64,000 bases of DNA from the sequence record MH675927.1; one strand, written 5' to 3'. The position numbers were made by a program, and so were the translations under genes. How positions within the stretch are numbered: position 1 is the stretch's first letter; each line of letters begins with the position of its first letter. Shown here one piece after another: positions 27,771-36,566 of the stretch. The DNA is from Escherichia phage vB_vPM_PD114. The notes under the pieces were generated by a model, which worked only from the letters and a program-made list of their open reading frames with translations, did no database searches and was not told the DNA's origin.

Positions 27771-28361
27771 TTAACGACGACGTGAGCTACTAAAACTACG
27801 TTTCGACGAAGAATAACTTTTCGAAGACTTACTATAAGAGCTAATAGGGCTTGAGTAAGACTTACGAGCAGAGTAATCACTATTCACTTTTGTTGTTGAT
27901 GGGCGTGAATACGTTTGTACACTTTGCTGCTTAATTGTGTTTTGTTTAGTGGTTGTATATGTATTCCCTTGTTTATCATAAAAACTATGCTTTTGTGTTG
28001 TATATGCTTTACTATTAGTTGTAGGAGCAGCGTTGTTATTGATAATTGTTGTATTGCTACCGCCATCTCTATAACCACCACCGCCACTATTACCACTCAA
28101 CATATGACCAAGAAGCATACCTGTAGCAAACTCACCTACGCCAGAAGAACCACTGCCGCCTCCTTGCACAACAACTGTTGAAGGTTGTGCAGGTGCTGCT
28201 TGAACAACTTGAGGTGCAGGTTGATTTACATATTGTTCATCTACCATCTGATTTGGTGTTTGTTGGTAACGTTGGTTTTGTACACTTTCAGAATCATCAC
28301 AACCTACCAGCAATGCACTGCCTAAAACAACTGCAACAATAAAAGATTTAATGTTTTTCAT
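27771..28361 (-). CDS. lipoprotein with Gly/Ser-rich low-complexity region
   Basis: Start at ATG 28361 (RBS GAGGG); signal peptide ending in lipobox LLVGC; GGGSGSSG and S/Y/K-rich tail. Confidence 0.5.
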   Translation of the reverse strand: MKNIKSFIVAVVLGSALLVGCDDSESVQNQRYQQTPNQMVDEQYVNQPAPQVVQAAPAQPSTVVVQGGGSGSSGVGEFATGMLLGHMLSGNSGGGGYRDGGSNTTIINNNAAPTTNSKAYTTQKHSFYDKQGNTYTTTKQNTIKQQSVQTYSRPSTTKVNSDYSARKSYSSPISSYSKSSKSYSSSKRSFSSSRRR

Positions 28362-28554
28362 CTGTAACCCTCTCATTTAAAGTCTCGACACAATTTTTAA
28401 AATCTCTAGAGAAACAATACATCTGTTCTCCGTTCCTGTTGATAGTAATTGTATGGTTATCAACATATGTTGTCAAGATAAAAATCAAACAAAATAACCC
28501 TAAAGCAAAACAAATATTTTCAAACAGAATCCAAAGAACACGTAAAACCACCAT
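28348..28554 (-). CDS. small membrane protein
   Basis: 68 aa with one hydrophobic helix. Confidence 0.3.
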   Translation of the reverse strand: MVVLRVLWILFENICFALGLFCLIFILTTYVDNHTITINRNGEQMYCFSRDFKNCVETLNERVTDEKH

Positions 28555-28565
28555 CAGATCACCTC

Positions 28566-28590
28566 AATAAAGCCCCCGAAGGGGCTTAAT
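28566..28590 (-). terminator. rho-independent terminator after the TerC gene
   Basis: AGCCCC-CGAA-GGGGCT hairpin followed on the minus strand by TTATTGAGG. Confidence 0.5.
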
Positions 28591-28593
28591 GAA

Positions 28594-29571
28594 TTAAGCA
28601 ACAGCCTGGTCTTCTTTTTCAGGGAAGATTAAACTTGCAATAACACCCAGCCCCAGAGTACCTAACACAATATACATACTGATCGTCGGATCAATGTGTG
28701 CTGGCAGGAAACTCACTTTTGCGTGCAGAGTTTCTGCAAACGGGTGATACATCAGTTTTACACCCACAAATACCAGGACTACGATAACTGCTTTCTCCAG
28801 ATGAACCAAATATTTCAGTGCAACACTAAGGACAAAGAACAGAGCACGTAGACCTAAAATTGCACACAGCATTGAAGAAAATACAAGCAGAGGTTCTTGT
28901 GTCACTGCAATTACTGCTGGAACAGAGTCTACTGCAAAGATTACGTCAACCATTTCCATTACAAACACACAAACCAATGCAGGAGTTGCTACACGAACAC
29001 CATTTTTGATTGTGAAGAACTTCTCACCATCCATCTGATCAGATACAGGGAACAGCTTACGAACAATGCGAGTAGCCCAATGTTTAGAGTAATCAACTTC
29101 TGCGTCATTATCTCCAGCAAATACCATTTTAGCTGCACAGAAAAGGATGACCGCACCGAAGAAGATATTAACATACCAGCCCAAACTCAACAAGTAAGTA
29201 CCTACTGCTACAAACACACCTCGGAAGACAATCGCACCTGCAATACCCCAAAGTAGAATCTTATGCTGCAAGTGTGTGCTTTTAATACCAAAACTTGCGA
29301 ATACTGCCACAAATACTACTAAGTTATCTACAGAAAGAGATTTCTCCAACACATACCCACTCAAGAACAAGCTCGCAAAATCAGCACCGTGTTGGAAGTA
29401 TACAAAACCATAGTAGGCTAACGATACCCCAATCCAGAAGATTGACCAGCCAATTGCAGATTTAAATGAAATTTCTTTGTTTTCTCTGTGTCCAAAGAAA
29501 TCAATACAAATCGACAAGACTAAAATACCCACTAAAACAACCACATCAATAATTGGGAAACCCAGTTGCAT
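28594..29571 (-). CDS. TerC-family integral membrane protein
   Basis: Multiple TM helices; hallmark EKSLSVDNLVVFVAVF and second repeat DVIFAVDSVPAVIAV (TerC/Alx signature). Confidence 0.8.
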   Translation of the reverse strand: MQLGFPIIDVVVLVGILVLSICIDFFGHRENKEISFKSAIGWSIFWIGVSLAYYGFVYFQHGADFASLFLSGYVLEKSLSVDNLVVFVAVFASFGIKSTHLQHKILLWGIAGAIVFRGVFVAVGTYLLSLGWYVNIFFGAVILFCAAKMVFAGDNDAEVDYSKHWATRIVRKLFPVSDQMDGEKFFTIKNGVRVATPALVCVFVMEMVDVIFAVDSVPAVIAVTQEPLLVFSSMLCAILGLRALFFVLSVALKYLVHLEKAVIVVLVFVGVKLMYHPFAETLHAKVSFLPAHIDPTISMYIVLGTLGLGVIASLIFPEKEDQAVA

Positions 29572-29589
29572 TCTTTTCTCCTCTTTAAT

Positions 29590-29608
29590 GCGGAGGACAA
29601 TCCTCCGC
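29590..29608 (-). other. intergenic stem-loop (GCGGAGGA-CAA-TCCTCCGC)
   Basis: 8-bp GC stem immediately upstream of the TerC RBS. Confidence 0.3.
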
Positions 29609-29648
29609 TCTATGTCGTATACTATAAACTGTTTTTAAAGAAAGTCAA

Positions 29649-29897
29649 CTAGTTCAGTTCTGTAATTTTAAGTTTATCTTCTTTGTTAATGATAGGGAAA
29701 GCTACAGCATCACCTACATCATCAATAAAGCAAATAGCAAGACCACCTTCCACTTTGCTAACCTGACCATTAAAGGCGTGATACGGGGTAGGAACAATAT
29801 CTCCATCTTCAAGGAGAATAGCCTCATAAACCTTACCAACAGTACAATCACGAGTGTTTATAAATTTTTCAAGCACTTCAACATTTACTTTACGCAT
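29649..29897 (-). CDS. hypothetical protein
   Basis: 82-aa ORF. Confidence 0.4.
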   Translation of the reverse strand: MRKVNVEVLEKFINTRDCTVGKVYEAILLEDGDIVPTPYHAFNGQVSKVEGGLAICFIDDVGDAVAFPIINKEDKLKITELN

Positions 29898-29911
29898 ATA
29901 AAGATCCTCTC

Positions 29912-30118
29912 TTATTTGTTAGATTGAAAGATACCACGAAGTACCGCAAGAATGAACGTCACACAGACTACACTCCAAAACGTTACAGGAACATGATGCC
30001 AGTCTAAGCCGATAATGTCAATCATATAGTTGTATGCTAAAAGCAGTAGCCAACTAGGGATTAACACAATCAAGAACACAACAATAAAACAACCTAATAC
30101 TGCTAAAACACCTGCCAT
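29912..30118 (-). CDS. small membrane protein (two TM helices)
   Basis: 68 aa, hydrophobic. Confidence 0.4.
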   Translation of the reverse strand: MAGVLAVLGCFIVVFLIVLIPSWLLLLAYNYMIDIIGLDWHHVPVTFWSVVCVTFILAVLRGIFQSNK

Positions 30119-30127
30119 ACTTTCTCC

Positions 30128-30844
30128 TTATTTCAGTTTGTAAACAATTACATTTAAACCTTTGTTCACTAGAGTTTCTTCGATCATAAGTTTTACAATA
30201 TTCCAAGAACCTCCAGCCAAACCACAACCAAGCATTGGTAAACCTACAATTTTACCGCCTGAAGATACAACATCGTCTCCCATACTATCTAACGCATTGT
30301 AGATAGCTTCATAATTCAGGTCACGCTTACCTTCCTCACGACGACTATAACCATATTGTCCATATAAATTATAAATTGTCAAATTGTTTTCTGTATACTT
30401 AGTAAACGTACCTAATTTTTTATAATCACCACGTTTAGTGGCACAATCTGCTTTAAACGCACCAGGCCACTTGCTTTTAATTTTTGGTGCAATACCACTA
30501 CCCATAGTGCAAAAACAGTTACAGCAGTGTGCTATAGCGTCTATATCGCCTCTCTCGGCTGCTGCTAAAAGATCACCGTATACCTCAATGATACCTGCTG
30601 GATAACTTGTTACAATTTCATCTTCCCAGTACATTTGCTCTACACCACCGATTAGTGCAAAGTTTTGTGTAATGCGATCATCAATATAATTAAGACCTGA
30701 AACATACACAGCATATTCATCCTGTGCTGTAATGCCTTGTACACGAATTCTTAAGACACCATCTTTATCTGTTGCTACACGCCCAAAATCTTTTTCTGTA
30801 ATACTGGTGATAGGATCTCCGAAAGTCGTCACTTTATTAGACAT
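30128..30844 (-). CDS. Macro-domain protein (ADP-ribose binding/processing) with N-terminal extension
   Basis: Start at ATG 30844 (RBS AAAGGGGA); C-terminal half GDIDAIAHCCNCFCTMGSGIAPKIK ... GLPMLGCGLAGGSW matches macro-domain blocks. Confidence 0.6.
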   Translation of the reverse strand: MSNKVTTFGDPITSITEKDFGRVATDKDGVLRIRVQGITAQDEYAVYVSGLNYIDDRITQNFALIGGVEQMYWEDEIVTSYPAGIIEVYGDLLAAAERGDIDAIAHCCNCFCTMGSGIAPKIKSKWPGAFKADCATKRGDYKKLGTFTKYTENNLTIYNLYGQYGYSRREEGKRDLNYEAIYNALDSMGDDVVSSGGKIVGLPMLGCGLAGGSWNIVKLMIEETLVNKGLNVIVYKLK

Positions 30845-31694
30845 AATAATCCCCTTTAACATTAGATTTGTTGATAATGTTGCTTTCAAAAAATTGATGC
30901 AGGAAATCAAAGTTCTCTTTGTATTTTTCAATATTATTGTAACCTTCTGCAAGGCAACCAAAGAACAGTTGTTCTACATAATACAAAGGAAGTTGTGAAA
31001 GTGCAATTTTAAAATCAACTTCGCTTTGACTCATTAGATACTTAATAGGACGAACCAAACATTTAGCATCAGTTTCTTGCTTAATCATTTTAATAAAAGC
31101 TGCCAGGTTATTGATATAGTTGAAGTTAAGTGCAGCTTCGGTGTTGGCTTCTGTACCTTCATACTTTGCAAAGTACAGGAAAAACGTATCGTTTTCAACA
31201 CCTTCTTTGTCTAAAATTTCAATAAGTTTTTCTTCGTGTGTTCCTGTAATATTAACATCATCAATGAAAATCAGAGTTTTATTACCCCAGAAATCACGAT
31301 TGATAGAGAAAGTGTCACCATCGATCAAAGCCTTACGATCTTCTTTGCTAAGAAATCCATAATCATTGATATAACTCACTTTACGATGAACGATATCCCA
31401 CTCTACTGCTTTACCTCCTTTGATAGAGATTAGGTAGTTGAGGTGATCTACAAAATGTTCAGATAACACTGTAGCTGCATTTTTCACATAGTTATATGGA
31501 GATGGAATAACAACAAAACTTTCATTTACTAGTCGTTCTTCATATTTAAAAAAGAAACTTTCAGCCAGAATGCGTCCCATTCTTTTTGCTGCCTGGTTAC
31601 TACCAAACTTTAGTTTGGAATAATCTGCAATGTTAAATTTTGCTTCCTTCAGGTTAGTAAAAGTATTAGCAAAATGTTGAATTTGATTACGCAT
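30837..31694 (-). CDS. phosphoribosyltransferase (type I PRTase) domain protein
   Basis: PRPP-binding motif TLIFIDDVNITGTHEEK (hydrophobic-DD-hydrophobic-x-TG-T); RBS GAGG; overlaps the HAD stop by 8 nt. Confidence 0.6.
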   Translation of the reverse strand: MRNQIQHFANTFTNLKEAKFNIADYSKLKFGSNQAAKRMGRILAESFFFKYEERLVNESFVVIPSPYNYVKNAATVLSEHFVDHLNYLISIKGGKAVEWDIVHRKVSYINDYGFLSKEDRKALIDGDTFSINRDFWGNKTLIFIDDVNITGTHEEKLIEILDKEGVENDTFFLYFAKYEGTEANTEAALNFNYINNLAAFIKMIKQETDAKCLVRPIKYLMSQSEVDFKIALSQLPLYYVEQLFFGCLAEGYNNIEKYKENFDFLHQFFESNIINKSNVKGDYYV

Positions 31695-32343
31695 TAATAA
31701 GTTCCTCTTTTTTAAGTTTAGCCAACAAGTCTTCTGGATTAATAATATGACAGAACTTCATCCCTATGTCAACAGCTTTTCCATCATAAATCAAACTATC
31801 CCCAACGTGTAAAATCTCCTCTGGTGCGAGATCAAACGTTACCATTTCATCAAAAGAGAGTTTAAAAAACCTAGGATCTGGTTTACACAAGCAAAACTCA
31901 TCAGAAAAATGCATAAAGTCAAATGGTAATTTTGTTAAGCCAGAATATACAGCTAAGAAACTACCTGGTACAAAATTAGTATTGCTCTTAATACTCAAAG
32001 AATAGGTTGAACTTAGCTCTTCCAACTTCTTGCAAAGCTCAGGGTTCAATATTGGAGGATGTTTTATAAACATTGCTAAACAGTCTCTTTTTAACCCATC
32101 CACTTTATCAAGATCAATGTTGAAACGAGTAGAAAGTGTTTCCCAAGCGTTCCTAGACGTTCCACAAATGCCTTTTTCTGCTTTTAAATCCAGGAGAGTT
32201 TTTACCTCTTTATATACGGTAGCTGCTTCTGCCTCAGAACAAGAGGCATACTCGGCAATAACCTTGTTGCGTTCTTCTGCATACAAAGGATTAGCAGTAA
32301 TAAGAGTATTCCATACATCAAAAGAAATATGCTTAACAGTCAT
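31687..32343 (-). CDS. HAD-superfamily hydrolase (phosphatase-like)
   Basis: Start at ATG 32343 (RBS GGAGG); motif I ISFDVWNTL and motif IV HVGDSLIYD (GDxxxD). Confidence 0.55.
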   Translation of the reverse strand: MTVKHISFDVWNTLITANPLYAEERNKVIAEYASCSEAEAATVYKEVKTLLDLKAEKGICGTSRNAWETLSTRFNIDLDKVDGLKRDCLAMFIKHPPILNPELCKKLEELSSTYSLSIKSNTNFVPGSFLAVYSGLTKLPFDFMHFSDEFCLCKPDPRFFKLSFDEMVTFDLAPEEILHVGDSLIYDGKAVDIGMKFCHIINPEDLLAKLKKEELINA

Positions 32344-32345
32344 TT

Positions 32346-32501
32346 TTAATCCTCCGTCCAAAAGAATATCATCTGCTTAATTTTATTGATCTCTTGATGT
32401 AGTAACTTTCCAGCATGTGATTGATCTTTAATATTGACAGCAAGAATTTCAAGCTCCGTTAGTTTTTCCTGGATAGCTTTATATTCATCATCTGTAAGCA
32501 T
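32346..32501 (-). CDS. small hypothetical coiled-coil protein (not in supplied ORF track)
   Basis: ATG 32501 with RBS AAGGGG; 51 codons; fills the gap before the HAD gene. Confidence 0.3.
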   Translation of the reverse strand: MLTDDEYKAIQEKLTELEILAVNIKDQSHAGKLLHQEINKIKQMIFFWTED

Positions 32502-32512
32502 TTTCTTCCCCT

Positions 32513-32704
32513 TTAGAATGGTAATCTTTGTATGTCACTTAGCCCCACACCCAGAAGTCTAGCAATATCCTTATCTAAAAGCAACTCTTTTTGTTCTAAA
32601 ATGTTAATCAAATCTCCTAATACTTCTTTAATGTCACGATCATTTTTAGCAACGTGACCACCTGCGGTATCAACTTTATCTTTAAAAACAAAATAATGAT
32701 CCAT
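32513..32704 (-). CDS. hypothetical protein
   Basis: Start trimmed to ATG 32704 (RBS GGAGG). Confidence 0.35.
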   Translation of the reverse strand: MDHYFVFKDKVDTAGGHVAKNDRDIKEVLGDLINILEQKELLLDKDIARLLGVGLSDIQRLPF

Positions 32705-32721
32705 AATACCCTCCATATAAA

Positions 32722-32747
32722 TAAAGGAGGCTTTCGCCTCCTTTTAT
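32722..32747. terminator. rho-independent terminator (GGAGGC-TTTC-GCCTCC)
   Basis: Hairpin with T-tracts on both strands; downstream of the AAA ATPase gene on the minus strand. Confidence 0.5.
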
Positions 32748-32750
32748 CAC

Positions 32751-33911
32751 TTAGTAAGAACGACCACCAAACACATACTCTGTGTAGTTTTTACGTTCTT
32801 TGTTTTTAATAACAACTTCAATGTTGTTACCTTTATCATCGGTGAACATAAAGTGATAGCCGTCACCACCCATTGTACGAATGTGTTTTTCATCATACGT
32901 TAGCAAGATACGGTCTACACCCCAGTAGTAGTCACCTTCTTCATCTTTATCTTCTACGGTAACAATCCCTTCCATTTCAGGAAGATGCTCTTCTCCTGAC
33001 TTATGATCTACAGCTACAACATAACGATTACCGCTAAACAAACCTTGTGCTGTCATACCGTCAATATCGGTATCTGACGAAACATCTCCTGTACGATCTA
33101 CACCGTTAACTTTCAGAAGTTTAACTTCTTTTGCAGCATAGCCGTGTTCAGTAATACTGATACCCATTAATGCAAGTGCATCAGAGAATTTGTCATTAGG
33201 ATAACGGTTAAGTTCTTCTACTAATGACTGAACAATATCAAAGTTCAAATCCACGGAGAGATTATAAAGCGTTTCAAAATCTGGTAAGAAGGCTTTGTTC
33301 TCCAGATTTTTAGCCAGATAATCATCCATAGTAGCTTTAGGTAGTTTCTTATAGCTAAAACTGTAGAAAATACGGCTAGGACGATTACGCAAAAATTCTG
33401 ATACATAACCATCATTTTTAGTCAATACAAACAGCTTGTCATAACCACCAACACCATCCAGCAGGGTAAGCAAACCATCTTGTGCATCTTTTTCAGCATA
33501 CAGTTTATCAAATTCATCGATCATAATCATCACAGGTTGTGTGATTTTAGACATAAAATTGATAAAGCCTTCACCATTAAAAGCACTACCGATAGAAATA
33601 GTAGGAATACCCATTTCACGAAGAGCAGAAGACAGCATTTTAGCTTGCAAAGTTTTACCGCTACCTTTCGTACCCTCAAGGAGAACACCTGTGTTTTTAC
33701 CTTTGCGGCTAAGGAACGTCTTGATAATACGTTCTGATTTATCATCAGTATCACCGTATGTTACTGAAGGGACTTCCATATCATTTTTAGGATACAGGAA
33801 GAACTCGCCACTTTGAGTAACACCTACACCAAAAGTTCCTGCTGGAATTTCTTCAATATCTGTACCAGACTTCTGACGCAGGAAGATTTGATTGCCGAAT
33901 ACTGTAAACAT
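32751..33911 (-). CDS. AAA-type ATPase, paralog A
   Basis: Walker A GTKGSGKT, Walker B IMIDEFDK, sensor-like RPSRIFY; paralog of 49472-50599 with a divergent C-terminal half. Confidence 0.65.
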   Translation of the reverse strand: MFTVFGNQIFLRQKSGTDIEEIPAGTFGVGVTQSGEFFLYPKNDMEVPSVTYGDTDDKSERIIKTFLSRKGKNTGVLLEGTKGSGKTLQAKMLSSALREMGIPTISIGSAFNGEGFINFMSKITQPVMIMIDEFDKLYAEKDAQDGLLTLLDGVGGYDKLFVLTKNDGYVSEFLRNRPSRIFYSFSYKKLPKATMDDYLAKNLENKAFLPDFETLYNLSVDLNFDIVQSLVEELNRYPNDKFSDALALMGISITEHGYAAKEVKLLKVNGVDRTGDVSSDTDIDGMTAQGLFSGNRYVVAVDHKSGEEHLPEMEGIVTVEDKDEEGDYYWGVDRILLTYDEKHIRTMGGDGYHFMFTDDKGNNIEVVIKNKERKNYTEYVFGGRSY

Positions 33912-33931
33912 AGTTTTCTCCTCTATTTAAT

Positions 33932-34402
33932 TTAGTCAGATTCCCAAATGTTGTCTTTCTTAACCCACATTCGTTGATTATCTGAACCTCTATAACGTTT
34001 CGTTGTTGGTTGATTCATATCATACTTACCATCTATCACTATGTCAACCAGTTTTTTAATTTTCTCTGGAATTTCTTCAAAAAGATATCCTGTATATAAG
34101 ACAATATCTTTTTTGTTTCCAAAACAATCTCTTACCTTCTCAAGAACATACTCTACAGTGTCAATGTTCTCTTTGTCAAGAGGTTCACCACCTAAAACTG
34201 TTAATCCTTTAATGAAAGGTCGAGATAAATCTTCCAAGATAAGATCTAATGTTTCAGCAGTGAACTCTTGTCCGTAATTATACGACCAGGCTTTCTGGTT
34301 AAAGCAGCCACGGCAACCGTGGCTACAACCGCTCACCCACAAAGAGCATCTTACACCGTCACCGTTGAGCATGTCAACAGGTTCATATCCGGCGTAATTC
34401 AA
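33932..34402 (-). CDS. nrdG: anaerobic ribonucleotide reductase activating protein NrdG (radical SAM)
   Basis: MNYAGYEPVDMLNGDGVRCSLWVSGCSHGCRGCFNQ follows the NrdG N-terminus including the CxxxCxxC radical-SAM cluster; TTG start; 4-nt overlap with nrdD stop. Confidence 0.85.
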   Translation of the reverse strand: MNYAGYEPVDMLNGDGVRCSLWVSGCSHGCRGCFNQKAWSYNYGQEFTAETLDLILEDLSRPFIKGLTVLGGEPLDKENIDTVEYVLEKVRDCFGNKKDIVLYTGYLFEEIPEKIKKLVDIVIDGKYDMNQPTTKRYRGSDNQRMWVKKDNIWESD

Positions 34403-35340
34403 AAATGTTTCTCCCTTTCTAGTACCTCTTGCATTTTACCTTTATTATAAGGGCGAGAGTTAGGAGCAGAAAGGTATCCTGACACTCTTCTGATCACAGA
34501 TATGGATTCTTCTTCATGATTACCGCAACTTGGACACTCGAAGCCTTTAGCCGTTGCTTTAAACTCACCATGAAAACCACATTTGAAACACTGATCTACA
34601 GGTTGGTTCACGCCAAAATAAGGAATTTTGTTGTAGGCATAATCTACAAGAGTTTCCAGTGCTTGCAAGTTATTTTTAAGGTTTGGTGTTTCTACATAAC
34701 CTATGTTCCCACCGTTACTAATTTGTGCAAAACCTTCCTCATAATCCCACTTTTGGAACGGGGTAGTGTGCATCCATACAGGTTGATGGAAAGAGTTTGT
34801 CAAGTAGTCACGATCAATAGAACCAGGATAGCGATCATTTAATGCTTTGGCAAATTTATAGCACAAGGATTCTGCTGGTGTTCCATACAAACTAAAAGCT
34901 AAACCAGAACGTTCTTTAAATGTGCCACAGATATCCTTCATATATTGAAGGATGTTTTTACCCATTGCTTTTGGATTGGTGTTACCTGGGTATAAAATCT
35001 CCATAGCTTCTGCTAAACCTACATAACCGATACTAATAGAGGCATAACCACCTTCGAATAGTTTACCAATCTCTTCATTAGCTTCTAGTCGAGCTAAAGC
35101 CCCTTCCATAAACAATGTAGGGTTTTGAGATGCTTTGGTATGTCTAATACGGTTAACACGTAGCATATGTGCCTTATACGCCATCTCCATATGTTGTTCC
35201 AACAGTTCAGTAAATAAGATGCCCTTTTCACGGGACTCTGCTGCAATGATAGGTAAGTTTAAAGAAACTACGCCTAAGTTGAAACGACCATCATATTTTT
35301 CACCTTGCTCTGTTGCATAGTATGACAAGAAACTTCTACA
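34399..35340 (-). CDS. nrdD: anaerobic ribonucleotide reductase NrdD, exon 2
   Basis: C-terminal zinc ribbon CFKCGFHG...CPSCG and glycyl-radical motif RRVSGYL; exon starts TGT AGA (CRSFLSYY) right after the predicted 3-prime splice site. Confidence 0.8.
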   Translation of the reverse strand, partial: CRSFLSYYATEQGEKYDGRFNLGVVSLNLPIIAAESREKGILFTELLEQHMEMAYKAHMLRVNRIRHTKASQNPTLFMEGALARLEANEEIGKLFEGGYASISIGYVGLAEAMEILYPGNTNPKAMGKNILQYMKDICGTFKERSGLAFSLYGTPAESLCYKFAKALNDRYPGSIDRDYLTNSFHQPVWMHTTPFQKWDYEEGFAQISNGGNIGYVETPNLKNNLQALETLVDYAYNKIPYFGVNQPVDQCFKCGFHGEFKATAKGFECPSCGNHEEESISVIRRVSGYLSAPNSRPYNKGKMQEVLEREKHF

Positions 35341-35619
35341 CATTATGTTCAAAGTGGCTCGCAAGGCCACTCCCGCACCATTACGTGCTGCTGCATGTCA
35401 CCATGCAGATCAGACTATATCTTCATGCTTAAAGCATGTCTACCATTTGGGGTGTCATAGGCTTACACCCTACGCTGCTACATTCATCACAGCTAGTCGT
35501 TAGGCATTTCGTAATAGTACCCCCTTCTTCTGTGTTGGGAGTTCTGTTACGTTTAGCACGGGATTGTCTCGTTGAGAGTTCCCCCGTTTAGGCAGATTTT
35601 ACATGAGCAGTTATAGTTT
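35341..35619 (-). ncRNA. group I self-splicing intron (td-like, no internal ORF) interrupting nrdD
   Basis: 279 nt between the two nrdD reading frames; core-like TAAACGGGGGAACTCTCAACGAGACAATCCCGTGCTAAAC and P7 3-prime element AAGATATAGTC; CTGCATG-GTGA-CATGCAG hairpin near the 3-prime end; ends GAACATAATG; exon 1 ends ...ATGGGT. Confidence 0.75.
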
Positions 35620-36477
35620 ACCCATGCTTGTGACGCGACCATCTGAAGATCCTGTAACTTCTTTGTTTAAAGGTACAGAGATAAAATCAGGATAAATGCG
35701 TTCAGCACAACACTCCATTGCCAGTTGCTTCAAATCATAGTTTGGATCGCCAGCTTTCATGTTAACACCATCTTCCAAGAAGAAGATAACTTTAGGAAAC
35801 ACAGGAGTTACCCTATCTTTTCCTAATCCTTGTTTGTGCACCATTAGGTAGTTTTTAGTGATCATTCTACCAAAAGCAGAGGTATCCAAACCTAAACTAA
35901 TTGTTATAAAAGGTGACTGACCATTTACACTCATTAGAGTGTTCACCTGGTAGATTAAAGTTTGCATTGCATCATAGACCTGTTTATCTACCATACGCAT
36001 AGCAATATCATAATCGCCAACATCGGCATATATTTTATTAAAACTTGCTTTAACGTATTGACTAAGCCCAGTATCAACATGTGCACAAGTTTGTCCACCA
36101 TATTGGCTAGAGGCTACTGCTTGAATAATTTGAGTTAGGACAGTAGTTGCTACACCGATAGATTTTGGTTTTTCAATATGTGCATTACCAATACGGAAAC
36201 CGTTCTCAAGCATATCTTGGTAATTTACCAGGCAACAATTAGTTAGAGGTGAGAGTAAATAATCTAAATCGTGAATGTGACCATACCCGCTTTTATGCCA
36301 TTCTGCCAGATCTTCCGGTAAAATATGGGTCATTGCCATGTGCTTGCTCAGAATACCTGCTAGTAAGTCTCGGTGAGTATTAACAATCATTGCAGGTTTG
36401 TTTGCATTTTCACGAGTAAATTCTTCGGATGTTTGTTCGAGGAATCCGATTACATCCTCATATAGTTTTTGGGTCAT
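35620..36477 (-). CDS. nrdD: anaerobic ribonucleotide reductase NrdD, exon 1
   Basis: Start ATG 36477 (RBS GGAGG); reading frame stops 9 nt into the intron; splicing predicted to join ...RVTSMG to CRSFLSYY..., giving a 599-aa product. Confidence 0.8.
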
Positions 36478-36494
36478 TAATCCTCCGTGGAAAA

Positions 36495-36520
36495 TAAAAG
36501 CCAGCATTAAGCTGGCTTTA
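36495..36520 (-). terminator. rho-independent terminator
   Basis: AAAGCCAGC-TTAATG-CTGGCTTT hairpin followed on the minus strand by TATTTTCC; between 36567-37517 and nrdD. Confidence 0.5.
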
Positions 36521-36566
36521 GGGTGGATCTTTATTTTAAATCTTTTTCGTAAGATTGTCCTTGATC

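Noticed and set aside
35341-35619. nrdD as a frameshifted or truncated pseudogene
   Set aside because: The interruption carries conserved group I intron core elements, and the predicted splice junction restores a continuous NrdD frame with intact C-terminal catalytic motifs, so a self-splicing intron is the better explanation. This remains unverified without RNA data.
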